NCBI GenBank assembly: GCA_037305845.1
Contig: CP147778.1
Span: 160,001 to 224,000, forward strand
Length of the DNA stretch: 64,000 nucleotides
Source: Candidatus Freyarchaeum deiterrae
Lineage (GTDB): Archaea; Asgardarchaeota; Jordiarchaeia; Jordiarchaeales; Jordiarchaeaceae
Direction: 5' to 3'
Shown here: positions 9,001 to 15,919 of the stretch, piece by piece
How positions within the stretch are numbered: position 1 is the first letter of the stretch
Layout of the letters: every line of letters starts with the position of its first letter
Translations under genes and position numbers: made by a program
The notes under the pieces: model-generated
Told to the model about the DNA's origin: nothing
Databases searched by the model: none
Seen by the model: only the letters and a program-made list of their open reading frames with translations

Positions 9001-11564
9001 AGATTGTTTAAACTATCTACTAGGTAGAAGCCGTCGTAGTAGTAGTAGTGGTAAAAGACGTTTACGGTGTTGCCTGAAAGAGTGTTGTTAGAGCCGTAGG
9101 ACAGGTAGAAACCGTAGTAGTTGTTGTTTAAGGTGTTGCCTGAAAGAGTGTTGTTAGAGCCGTAGGAAAGGTAGACGCCGGCACCATTATTGTTTGCGGT
9201 GTTACCCGAAAGAGTATTGTAAGAGCTGGAGTTTAGGTAGAAGCCTATACCCTCGCTAGTGGTTGCTAGGAAATAGGCTCGGAGATGATTGTATCTTCCA
9301 ACGTCTCCTTCTGCCATCAGTACATTATTAATGTATATTCTTGCATGCCAAGCGTAGTTCGGCACGTAACCAGAGCACGCATACTCGACGTAGTGACTCC
9401 CTAAGGAAACGTGTATTATAGTGGTGTAGGTAAATGAATAACCAGTTCCATCTTCGTCGAACATGTAGCCTAGATAATTCCAGAAGTCATTGGGAAGAGG
9501 TTGATCTAAAGACAAGCCATGTAACCTCCCGCAGGTGTCAGTGGTATTATGCGCCACAATGGTGATATTCACGGTAAAGTCGTAGATTTTTGCGATGACT
9601 GCGGTGTTGCCCGAGAGAGTGTTGTACGAGCAACTTTCCAAGTAGAAGCCTTCACGGCTATTATCTGTGGCGGTGTTACCAGAGAGAGTATTATACAAGC
9701 TATATACTAGGTAGAAGCCGGCACCATTATTGTTTGCTGTGTTAGCTGAAAGAGTATTGCTCAAGCTTCGGGACAGGTAGAAGCCGTAATCGTTGTTGTT
9801 TGCAGTGTTAGCTGAAAGAGTATTGCTCAAGCTACTTTCCAGGTAGAAGCCCCATCTGTTGTTTGTGGCAGTGTTACCCGAAAGAGTGTTGTTTGAGCTT
9901 TGGTAAAGGTAGAAGCCGTAATCGTTGTTGTCTGCGGCGGTATTACCAGAAAGAGTATTATATGAGCTTTTTTCTAAGAAGAAGCCCCAAAAATTATTGT
10001 CTGCTGTATTATTCGAAAAAGTGTTGTACAAGCTAGATGACAGACAAAAGCCGTAGTGGTTGTTGTTTGTGGCGGTGTTGCCCCAAAGATTATTATACGA
10101 GCTAATTTCCAAGAAGAAGCCGTAATCGTTGTTGTCTGCGCTGTTGCCCGAGAGAGTGTTATTTGAGCTTCGGGACAGGTAGAAGCCGTAATCGTTGTTG
10201 TCTGCGGCGGTATTACCAGAGAGAGTATTGTACGAACTATAGGACAGGGTGAAACCGTAGTACACGTTGTTTGTGACAGTGTTACCCGAAAGAGTATTGC
10301 TCAAGCTTCGGGACAGGTAGAAGCCGTAATCGTTGTTGTCTGCGGTGTTACCAGAGAGAGTATTATCGTTCGAGTTATATAGCAGGTAGAAGCCGTAGTA
10401 GTTGTTGGTTGCGGTGTTGCCCGAAATATTGTTGTTCGAGCTATCTACTAGTGAGAAGCCCTGGCCAGTGTTGTTTGTGGCGATGTTACCAGAAAGATTG
10501 TTGTACGAGCCGTTTTCCAGGTGGAAGCCGTCTTGCCCATTTTTGTTTGCGGTGTTACCAGAAAGAGTGTTGTACGAGCTATCTACTAGGTAGAAGCCCC
10601 ATCTGTTGTTTGTGGCAATGTTACCAGAAAGAGTATTGTACAAGCTAGAGTACAGGTAGAAACCTTCACCAGTATTGTTTGTAGCAATGTTATCCGAAAC
10701 AGTATTGTACAAGCTGTTTTCCAGTTGGAAGCCATCGTGGACGTTGTTGTTTGCGGTGTTACCAGAAAGAGTATTGTTTGAGCTATCTACTAGGTAGAAG
10801 CCCCATCTGTTGTTTGTGGCAGTGTTACCTGAGAGAGTATTGTTTGAGCTTTGGTAGAGGTAGAAGCCGAGGTTGTTGTTTGTGGCTGTGTTGTTTAGGA
10901 TTGTGCTGCCCTGTGAATTGTAGAGGATTAGACCGTTGTAGCCCTGTGTTATGGTGTTGTTCTCGATCCATGTGTTCTCCGTGTATACTGTGAGCCCTTG
11001 TTGGTCGGGCCAGGAGCCGCTGTTGTCTCCGCAGTACTTCACCCGGCTGTTGTTCATCTGGAAGGTTGCGTTTTCGTAGACTGTGAAGTAGTAGGGGTTA
11101 GCCGGGTTGATGGCGGTTATTGCGGAGGATTCGTTGATGTACAGTCCTCCGTAAACCTGGACGCCGTACTGGATGGGAATGATGCCGTTGTTCACGTTTA
11201 GTATACAGTGGATGAGGTGCAGCTCTCCGTTTTCCGTTATTTTGAGGTTTCCGTTGAGGGTTATGTTGAGGTCTTGTGAATAGTTGACGTCGCTTATTGT
11301 GGGGTTTGTCCAGGTTACGTTCGTGTAGGAATCAAATGGGTCATTTGGGTTGTTTGTGTCTTTGCTGGCTGGGTTGTTTTGGCTGTTTAGGGGATTTGGG
11401 ATGGCTGATTTGTTGTTTAGTGTGAAGATTAGTAGTTGTTGCTGTTGGTTTTGTGTTTGGTTTTGTGCTGTGATTATTGCAGCTATTGGGAGTATTATTA
11501 TTAGCAGTAGCGCGATAATCGTTATTATGATTTTTATGGGTGATTTCATTTTTTTATTTCCCAT
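1..11564 (-). CDS. Giant secreted/surface protein (>3850 aa, 3' end outside window): signal/TM segment, two right-handed parallel beta-helix (NosD/CASH-like) blocks, Ig-like domain, about 5 CARDB domains, about 5 C-terminal Ig-like (OmpL47-type) repeats
   Basis: Manual translation starts MGNKKMKSPIKIIITIIALLLIIILPIAAII; dozens of GFYLxxSSxNTLSGNTAxNN repeats; CARDB-type VDPxNxIxExNExNN motifs; DKTPPVTAISLxGxxGLNGW repeats. The frame at 11564 matches the frame at position 5, and the ORF track lists no terminated ORF in this frame. Alternative start 11549. Confidence 0.9.
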   Translation of the reverse strand, partial: MGNKKMKSPIKIIITIIALLLIIILPIAAIITAQNQTQNQQQQLLIFTLNNKSAIPNPLNSQNNPASKDTNNPNDPFDSYTNVTWTNPTISDVNYSQDLNITLNGNLKITENGELHLIHCILNVNNGIIPIQYGVQVYGGLYINESSAITAINPANPYYFTVYENATFQMNNSRVKYCGDNSGSWPDQQGLTVYTENTWIENNTITQGYNGLILYNSQGSTILNNTATNNNLGFYLYQSSNNTLSGNTATNNRWGFYLVDSSNNTLSGNTANNNVHDGFQLENSLYNTVSDNIATNNTGEGFYLYSSLYNTLSGNIATNNRWGFYLVDSSYNTLSGNTANKNGQDGFHLENGSYNNLSGNIATNNTGQGFSLVDSSNNNISGNTATNNYYGFYLLYNSNDNTLSGNTADNNDYGFYLSRSLSNTLSGNTVTNNVYYGFTLSYSSYNTLSGNTAADNNDYGFYLSRSSNNTLSGNSADNNDYGFFLEISSYNNLWGNTATNNNHYGFCLSSSLYNTFSNNTADNNFWGFFLEKSSYNTLSGNTAADNNDYGFYLYQSSNNTLSGNTATNNRWGFYLESSLSNTLSANTANNNDYGFYLSRSLSNTLSANTANNNGAGFYLVYSLYNTLSGNTATDNSREGFYLESCSYNTLSGNTAVIAKIYDFTVNITIVAHNTTDTCGRLHGLSLDQPLPNDFWNYLGYMFDEDGTGYSFTYTTIIHVSLGSHYVEYACSGYVPNYAWHARIYINNVLMAEGDVGRYNHLRAYFLATTSEGIGFYLNSSSYNTLSGNTANNNGAGVYLSYGSNNTLSGNTLNNNYYGFYLSYGSNNTLSGNTVNVFYHYYYYDGFYLVDSLNNLLSGNTATTNGVGFYLVDSSNNTLSGNAANNNDYGFYLKDSSYNNLSNNTATNNNLYGFCLESSSYNTLSVNTATNNYYGVYIDSSSYNTLSSNTATENGYGFCLVDSSYNNILSGNTANNNNEYGVYLSYGSNNTLSGNTVDNNGYYGVYLESSSYNILSGNTVDNNYYGVYLSYSSYNILSGNTANNTNNWYYSGDYYGFYLEDSSYNTLSGNTANNYYYGFGLYFSSNNTLSGNTANNNNYYYLYYGGYYYGFYLEDSSYNTLSGNTANNYYYGFGLYSSSYNTLSGNTANNNYNGYYYGYYYVFYYGFYLEDSSYNTLSGNAANNYCNGFGLYSSSNNNLSGNAANNNGYNGFYLVDGSYNTLSGNTATNNYNYGFYLEDSSNNNLSDNTATDSSIGFYLVDSSYNTLSGNTATNNYNYGFYLEDSSNNNLSDNTATDSSIGFYLVDGSYNTISGNTATNNTDYGFYLYSSSYGFYPLYSSSSYNTLSGNTANNSGTGFYLVDGSYNTISGNTATNNTDYGFYLYSSSYYFFPPYSPSSSSYNTLSGNTATDSSIGFYLYRSTYNTLSNNTAANNVVFGCGWAGFNLSYSSYNNLSGNIAINFITGYYWSFYSFSNNFTGSVWENYLRVEVTDVRGLPFPGVEIMVETDGTTVYATSFFGGLNDTTDPNGLTPWIAVPYKTFTGINQMTESITHVTVWYSSPWAVAEFSNNPRIVDMSTSHVETIQQQYTNITWTNPTITEINYSQYLNINLDGDLTITETGELHLIKCKLNVNDGYTPVQYGVKVYGGMYINDSSIITAINPANPYYFIVYENATFQMNNSRVEYCGYGSSSIDENGLVIRADNTWIENNTITQGYNGLILYYSQGNTILNNTATNNYYGFYLVNSSYNTLSGNTANSNAYCGFFLENSSYNTLSGNTANSNAYCGFFLENSSYNTLSGNTANSNAYCGFFLENSSYNTLSGNTANSNAYGFSLHSSLNNTLSGNTATNNLLGFYLHQSLNNTLSGNTANNSNGGFYLSQSSNNNLSRNIALNCTVGYYWSSDSGNNDFTGSFFGNYLLVNATDSLNYAISGVDVKVETNRTVWYATPHFGGSDPRTDLDGLTPQIVVPYSIFTGNDTMTDCTPVVTVWNSTAWFFNNPRTVNMSTPHMETFMADTLPPIVTITSPSNGAFINVTSVDITWTGSDNGVIDHYEVKLDAGSWINVGNTTTSYTLSLVVGYHTFYVTAFDMAHNYATESVSFAVGPDFAISPQNITLGKVGGTVYIYATVTNLGADYTGPITVIFFDIDENGNSTQIGSNQTIGGLLHGESKTVSVSWTFDQFHTVQVVVDPGNTIEEIDETNNVAQKNIYASRPAVQSVSSEFGVWKRSDYLGTFIVRVDVINKFTAVILDNEGPDLVVKVVFELNCITYDATRVSGGSWECALNMGSLTTSQNTLKITAYDQLGLISETKTITIHAIELPKWFKWPNQQIEWYPAEQKYVTVNIESIGYQFTYLDKTGEDASQALPGLGDTLKTLSFASEYSLNKTLIYYVNGVAKYRMEATYKGSIGGAEVSRFDRAEPTVDNDLNIQDYIMTTSVTASYTQREGVGFGFFIKLYFGSTEIDLGLGFRLGGDISIGVNYTTQKKYVGNSLDPIWTASYIGIMLRGTLYGELNALFVGARIEASVYTNIGIVLNQTKDETSPHLQSSYGDPLFGLRLQVSAWAFGIPFVPQTVVWEWRSPASLIPVEPSSATNYTSPRIASDNHGNAMMVWVQGRTDGNNTYPNICYSTWNGTGWGTSGYVSNDDYYNFDPALTYDSNGNVIAVWSRVPSNVTPQSDNLVDLFKNQEIVYSIWNGSAWSAPQQITNNTFADGSAAVTAGPDGKVVAVWVRDTDSNISTTNDTDLYYSVWDGTQWSPEAALTNNSFMDYSVSLAHDSKGRVIACWVRDLDGNLSTTSDTQLMYAMWDGTSWGPEGLVTTLNETKESPSVTFDRNDNALVTWVGGNESVYSLYCAYMDNTTGTWSEPEIVHEDPSFISKPTINVDQKNTAVIVWRGFVYNATENYFNGQICYATKNLSDPNAIWSGVKYLTNDNETNWMPSACITQPSNNLLVAWDKEGVVSNLTHPIKPDLALDSSDITFSNNYPSEGEIVNIMARVRNIGDVDAYNVRVDFYDGDPNSGGFLIGTQRINYLPYDGEVNVTCPWIAKPGTHNIYVVIDSLGSISEIDETNNVAYKSISTLPDLTVSPTDITFSKYNPSAGETITISATIHNQGGTSAENVLVQFYSNSVLIGSQTIPLLGSNDSTTVSTAWTAAAGQNNITVVIDPNNVIAEFNKENNVASTTMSILPDLEATGISLSGHELLPGENVTITTEIRNSGNADATGVLIEFFDGNPYINGTLIYSETTNLPMGGTHTSSFVWTPPQGIHQVFVVVNRENLIAESNETNNVQYDELVVKLVPDLTVLVPEIMMKPGYVKIIAPIQNIGEAGATGVVVALYDGDPATGGTMINGATILNIAAGETVNVSLTVYHPPVNEYLYIVVDPENTITESNETNNEATIKYIADLTPPTTTIDLSGTPGLNGWFVSPVTVNLTASDDLSGVDMTQYSFDNTTWNIYTGPFTITTEGVTTLYYNSTDNAGNVENTSTEVIMIDMTPPVTAISLSGTPGLNGWFTSNVDINLTANDNVSGIAMTEYSFDNTTWNTYTEPLTITAEGVTTVYYKSIDVAGNVETAKSETIKIDKTLPVTAISLSGVLGLNGWYISNVNVTLSPIDNTSGVNITEYSFDGTTWVTYTGPFTLTAEGSTTVYYNSTDNAGNMEATKTEIIKIDKTPPVTAISLNGTSGLNGWYTSNVNFYLSATDNVSGLNITEYSFDNTTWNTYKGPFTITAEGITTIYYRSTDNAGNVETTKSETIKIDKTPPTTVLIIGTHYTDGNGSIYVTSSTVFALTATDATPGSGVANTYYRINSGNWTLYVGAFNITGPIGTYTIDYYSVDNAGNKETPKTTTVIMEEAFQGC
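6078..6336. repeat. Perfect 69-bp tandem repeat, about 3.75 copies (one 23-aa beta-helix coil each)
   Basis: Unit GTAGGCGTTGCTGTTTGCAGTGTTGCCCGAAAGAGTATTGTACGAGCTATTTTCCAAGAAGAAGCCGCA starts at 6078, 6147, 6216 and 6285 (partial). Confidence 0.95.
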
Positions 11565-11760
11565 CTTTGGGTATTTTTTTTCATGGCGCCCCTCCTCGGC
11601 GCTCCCCTCTGTTACTGTCGAGAGGTTTATCCCCCTCTTCATGGTAACGCTTGTATAAGTCTGGTTCCCCTCACTTATTTTCCCGAAACCCCGCATTTCC
11701 GATTTCCAAGATAACTGAGAAGGTAACTTCTTAAACCGTCTATCATTCATATAAATTTTT
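11565..11760 (-). promoter_or_regulatory. Promoter and structured 5' leader of the giant surface protein gene
   Basis: TTTATA box near 11750-11755 on the minus strand; three hairpins (11655-11678, 11611-11648, 11586-11602); uORF starting at 11584. Confidence 0.5.
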
Positions 11761-12042
11761 CTCTTAACTCAATTTATTTCACAAAAAATGCCTTGCTATA
11801 CTATATAATAGTTTCTTTCTTCCTCGCCTTCGACCTCCTTTAACCCTAGGCGGGACAGAAACTAAAGTCCGCTAAAATTAAAAAGAGAGATAAATTATGC
11901 AACGGGGGTCTTCTCAAGTCTTCAGAAATAGTGTACCGCATATTCCTAAACTCACTACATAGTGCTAGTCTCGCGTCCAGCAAAAGGCTAATAGCGGATA
12001 ACAGACATAATTCTAAGAAAAAAAGAACCATGAGGAATTGAT

Positions 12043-13359
12043 ATGCAAGGTAAGGATGAGTATAAAGAAATAAAATTTCCCAAGGGTTTCCTCTGGGGTG
12101 CTGCGACCTCAGCTCATCAAGTCGAGGGCAACAACACCAATAATCAATGGTGGGCTTGGGAGCAGGAAGGGGGACATATAAGCGACGGCTCGGTTTCTGG
12201 GCGTGCCTGCGACCACTATAATCTCTACGAGAAGGACTTCGACTTGGTCAAAGAGTTGGGTCACACTGTTCACCGGTTCTCCATAGAGTGGAGCCGCATA
12301 GAGCCCAAAGAAGGCTTGTGGAGCGAGAAGGAGATTGAACACTACCGCAAGGTGATTCAGGCCCTGAAGGAGAGAGGTATCGTTCCTATGGTTACTCTGC
12401 ATCATTTCACTAATCCAATTTGGTTGGAGGAGAAGGGGGGATGGCTGAATCCTGAGATTGTTGATTTCTTTGAGCGATTCACAAGGAAAATTGTGGAATC
12501 ACTGGGAGACCTCATACCGTTTTATAACACTATTAATGAGGCAGTTACAACGGCATTCATTGATTATGGTCTCGGTGTCCACCCACCCTGCCACAAGGAT
12601 ATGAACGAGTTCTACACCGCGGGAAAACACTTCCTAATGGCTCACGCAAAATGCTACCACGCAATACACGAAACCGTAAAAGACATGGGGTTTAAAATCA
12701 AGCCCCAGGTGGGTACAGTGAACCAGATGATTTACTACGATCCCGTAGACCCCAACGTGAAAGAGGACGTAGAAGAGGCGGGAAAGATAGATGAGTTGAC
12801 CAACAGATGGTTCCTCGACGGAATCCACACCGGAATCATTAGAAAACCCTTCGGCGAAGACAAAGAACTGGACTATATTAAAGGCTCACAGGACTTCATA
12901 GGAGTAAACTACTACACCAGAACACAAATAACTCCTAGACTTAACGACCCAAAAGTTCTGGAGCTTATGCTGTCTCGCGTGGGAGAAAACACAGACATGT
13001 ACGAAGTGTACCCAGAAGGATTATACAAGCAGCTCATGTCCGTTAAGAAGTATGGAAAACCGGTTTACGTCACCGAGAACGGAATAGCCACTAAGGACGA
13101 TAACCAGCGATGCCGATACATTCTAACCCATTTAAAAATTGCTCACAACGCGATTCGTGAAGGATTAAACTTGAAAGGGTTCATTTACTGGTCACTAATG
13201 GATAATTTCGAGTGGGGGTTCGGCTTTTCCATGAGATTCGGACTAATAGAAGTAAACTATGAAACACTGGAAAGAAAACCACGTCCCAGCGCGTACCTAT
13301 ACCGGAACATAATAAAGAGTAACAAAATCACTACCCAACAATTTGAAAATTATTTCTAA
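12043..13359 (+). CDS. Glycoside hydrolase family 1 (beta-glucosidase/galactosidase)
   Basis: FPKGFLWGAATSAHQVEG, RFSIEWSRI, TINE acid/base, VTENG nucleophile, WSLMDNFEW. Confidence 0.95.
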   Translation: MQGKDEYKEIKFPKGFLWGAATSAHQVEGNNTNNQWWAWEQEGGHISDGSVSGRACDHYNLYEKDFDLVKELGHTVHRFSIEWSRIEPKEGLWSEKEIEHYRKVIQALKERGIVPMVTLHHFTNPIWLEEKGGWLNPEIVDFFERFTRKIVESLGDLIPFYNTINEAVTTAFIDYGLGVHPPCHKDMNEFYTAGKHFLMAHAKCYHAIHETVKDMGFKIKPQVGTVNQMIYYDPVDPNVKEDVEEAGKIDELTNRWFLDGIHTGIIRKPFGEDKELDYIKGSQDFIGVNYYTRTQITPRLNDPKVLELMLSRVGENTDMYEVYPEGLYKQLMSVKKYGKPVYVTENGIATKDDNQRCRYILTHLKIAHNAIREGLNLKGFIYWSLMDNFEWGFGFSMRFGLIEVNYETLERKPRPSAYLYRNIIKSNKITTQQFENYF

Positions 13360-13365
13360 AAAGCA

Positions 13366-13539
13366 TTAGTCCATTTCTGGAATTTTAGCATCTTCATCCT
13401 CTAAGTACAGGCTTATGGCTTCCTTCAGATTTTTAATAGCTTCCTCTATGTTCTCTGCTTGGCTTGCTATGTCGAGCTCAGGGCAAAGAGCGACGTAGAA
13501 CTTTTCTTCCTTAGTAATTACCGCTGAAAATTGCAACAT
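13366..13539 (-). CDS. HicB-like (UPF0150) antitoxin, orphan
   Basis: YVALCPELDIASQAENIEEAIKNLKEAISLYLE; start moved to ATG 13539 after GGTGG SD; no adjacent hicA. Confidence 0.8.
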   Translation of the reverse strand: MLQFSAVITKEEKFYVALCPELDIASQAENIEEAIKNLKEAISLYLEDEDAKIPEMD

Positions 13540-13657
13540 AACCACCTTTAGCAAAATCAAAAAGCTCAACCATAAAAACCCTTCTATTTCAGACACCAAT
13601 AATTTTGCTTTTACTGTTTGTTGCCATTATCACGGTTGTTTTGAGTGATTATTATCT

Positions 13658-14887
13658 CTAGTGTTTGTAGAATCCCATTTTGGTTTTGTATCCCAGCTCT
13701 CCTTTTTTTACTTTTTTTATAAGGAGTGGATTCGGCTCCAGCATATGGTTCATATTGTCGATTTTTCCAAACCTCTTTTTTAACTGTTCGAGTCCTTCTA
13801 CCACGTTGTCTATGCCCATCTGATCGGCGAGTTCCAGCAGGCCTACGGGCATGATGTAGCCGATTTTCACCGCCTTGTCTACTTCTTCTACTGTTGCTGC
13901 TCCGTCGTTTACGATTTCAGCCATCCGGTTTATTCCTACGAGCTGTGACCAGATGGGGTTGTATTTGTCTGCTATTTTTTCGTTCCATGATTCGGGCTGC
14001 TTCCAAACTTTATCGGGGTATTCGTAGAATCCTTTTCCGGTGTCCACGCCGTTGTGTCCAGCCTCTATCAATTCATCCCATACTGGTGAAACCTTGAAGC
14101 CGGGCTCTCTCTGTTCAATGAACTTCTGCACGTGGTAAGTGGTCACTAATCCTAGGAAGTCGTTTAGACCGAATGTGCCCATTGGCTGTCCTAGCTTGTA
14201 GTGGAGGGCGGAGTCTATCTCGGCGGGTGTGAATTCTCCTGCGCTTACCAGCCAGCTCACAAAATTGAGCATCGTTGTCACCGTTCTATTGGCTAGAAAT
14301 CCGGGAATATCCTTCTTACATACCACGGGATCTCGGTCTATTCTCTTCATGAGATCCAGTGTGAGGTTCACGGTTTCGTCGCTGGTCTTGGCTCCGTATA
14401 CTATCTCCACCAGTTTTATCCTTTGGGGTGGGTTGAAAAAGTGTGTGCCTACAATTTTGTCTGGTTTCTTTGTTCCTTTCTGAATCTCTGTTATGGGGAG
14501 GACGCTGGTGTTGGTTGAGAGTATCACGCCTTCTGGGACGAGTTTCTCCACTTCTCTGAAGACTTTTTGCTTGAGTTCAAGCTGTTCTGGAATTGTCTCA
14601 ATAACATACTGAGAGTTTTTAACCGACTCTTTCAAATCTGTGAAGGGTTTTATTCGCTCCATGGTGGGCTCAATGTCATCCTTTGGAAACTCTCCCTTCT
14701 CCGCGTACCTTTTGAGAATGTACCTTATTCTATCAATATTTTTGTCGAGTATCTCACTGTTTAAATCCCTTAAATTAACCTGATACCCGGACGTTGCAAT
14801 GACCTGCGCGATTCCTAGTCCCATATGGCCGGAACCTAGAACAGTAATGGTTTCAACATCTTCAACATTCATTTCCATCAACTCCAT
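13658..14887 (-). CDS. 3-hydroxyacyl-CoA dehydrogenase (NAD-binding domain plus two C-terminal domains)
   Basis: VLGSGHMGLGIAQ, ETIPEQLELK, NTSVL, GTHFFNP, PGFLANR. Confidence 0.93.
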   Translation of the reverse strand: MELMEMNVEDVETITVLGSGHMGLGIAQVIATSGYQVNLRDLNSEILDKNIDRIRYILKRYAEKGEFPKDDIEPTMERIKPFTDLKESVKNSQYVIETIPEQLELKQKVFREVEKLVPEGVILSTNTSVLPITEIQKGTKKPDKIVGTHFFNPPQRIKLVEIVYGAKTSDETVNLTLDLMKRIDRDPVVCKKDIPGFLANRTVTTMLNFVSWLVSAGEFTPAEIDSALHYKLGQPMGTFGLNDFLGLVTTYHVQKFIEQREPGFKVSPVWDELIEAGHNGVDTGKGFYEYPDKVWKQPESWNEKIADKYNPIWSQLVGINRMAEIVNDGAATVEEVDKAVKIGYIMPVGLLELADQMGIDNVVEGLEQLKKRFGKIDNMNHMLEPNPLLIKKVKKGELGYKTKMGFYKH

Positions 14888-15032
14888 ATCATAGCCAATA
14901 ATTTACGCATCCAAGATATATATCTTAACCCAAAAAACAGAACCCCGGCGCCCAACAAGTGTTAAAGAGCTTATCCTATTGCTCCCCTCATTTCTCTAAA
15001 AATTTCCTGTGAGAGAATCTTTTATTGTATTT

Positions 15033-15440
15033 TTATGGCTTCAGTAATTCCAACATTTCGTTTATTGTCACTATTTTTATTCCTTTGAACTCTTTTAATG
15101 AAAGCAGATGTTGGTCGCCTGAAACAATGTAATCGGCTTTTCCATCGTAGGATGTCCTCAAAATTATGTCATCGCTAGGATCTTGTCTAACAACTTTAAA
15201 CCTGCTCTTAACGCTCACAATATTGCTTACACTAAGAACAAAGTTCATTATTACATTCTGCTGGTTTCTAGATAACTTGAATTTATCTCTGGTTATTACT
15301 TTCTTGAACTCCAGGATTATCTGTGCGGATAAGATAAGAATGATTTTCCCTTCTAAAACCGCGTCTATTAGTAGCTTTGATTTTCCAGCATGAACTGTTC
15401 CTGAAACTAGCACGTTGGTGTCGAAAACAACTTTGAGCAT
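15033..15440 (-). CDS. PIN-domain (VapC-like) toxin
   Basis: VVFDTNVLVS, DPSDD, ADYIVSGDQHLL. Confidence 0.9.
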   Translation of the reverse strand: MLKVVFDTNVLVSGTVHAGKSKLLIDAVLEGKIILILSAQIILEFKKVITRDKFKLSRNQQNVIMNFVLSVSNIVSVKSRFKVVRQDPSDDIILRTSYDGKADYIVSGDQHLLSLKEFKGIKIVTINEMLELLKP

Positions 15441-15449
15441 GATAATCGC

Positions 15450-15737
15450 TTATGCTTTTGCCTTTTCTCTTCTATAAGCGTCTACTTCCTTTTTTACATC
15501 TTCTTCTGTTAAAGGTCCGTATTTCTTGTTTCTCTCTTCGATGATTTCTTTTATTTTATCCCATTCCTCTTTCAGATCTGGTAGTTGAATCTTCTTCATA
15601 ATGATAATATCTCCTTCGCCGTAAACTATGAGTTTAGTCTTAGGCTTAAGCCCGAGTTTTTCACGTAAGGCTTGAGGTATGACCACTTGGCCCTTCGCAC
15701 TAATAGTAGTAATCTCAGCTTCAGTCAAAAATGTCAC
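15450..15737 (-). CDS. AbrB/MazE/SpoVT-family antitoxin
   Basis: TISAKGQVVIPQALREKLGLKP; directly upstream of the PIN gene. Confidence 0.9.
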   Translation of the reverse strand: MTFLTEAEITTISAKGQVVIPQALREKLGLKPKTKLIVYGEGDIIIMKKIQLPDLKEEWDKIKEIIEERNKKYGPLTEEDVKKEVDAYRREKAKA

Positions 15738-15919
15738 CTACTACTGGTAGTATTATTTTACTTTCTTACTATATAAAGATAGCCTGAGTTTCTTAAACAA
15801 ATCCCTTTTGGATATTTTACTCAAAGAAGCTGACCTTTTTGGGAAGATTTTATAAAAAAGAAAAGTAGATGGGTTTCTGGTTTTAGAGTGTTTGCTACCC
15901 GAACAAGTATTATAATGTT

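Noticed and set aside
13366-15737. Mobile element suggested by TA genes between the two 3-hydroxyacyl-CoA dehydrogenases
   Set aside because: No transposase, integrase, terminal repeats or target duplication seen.
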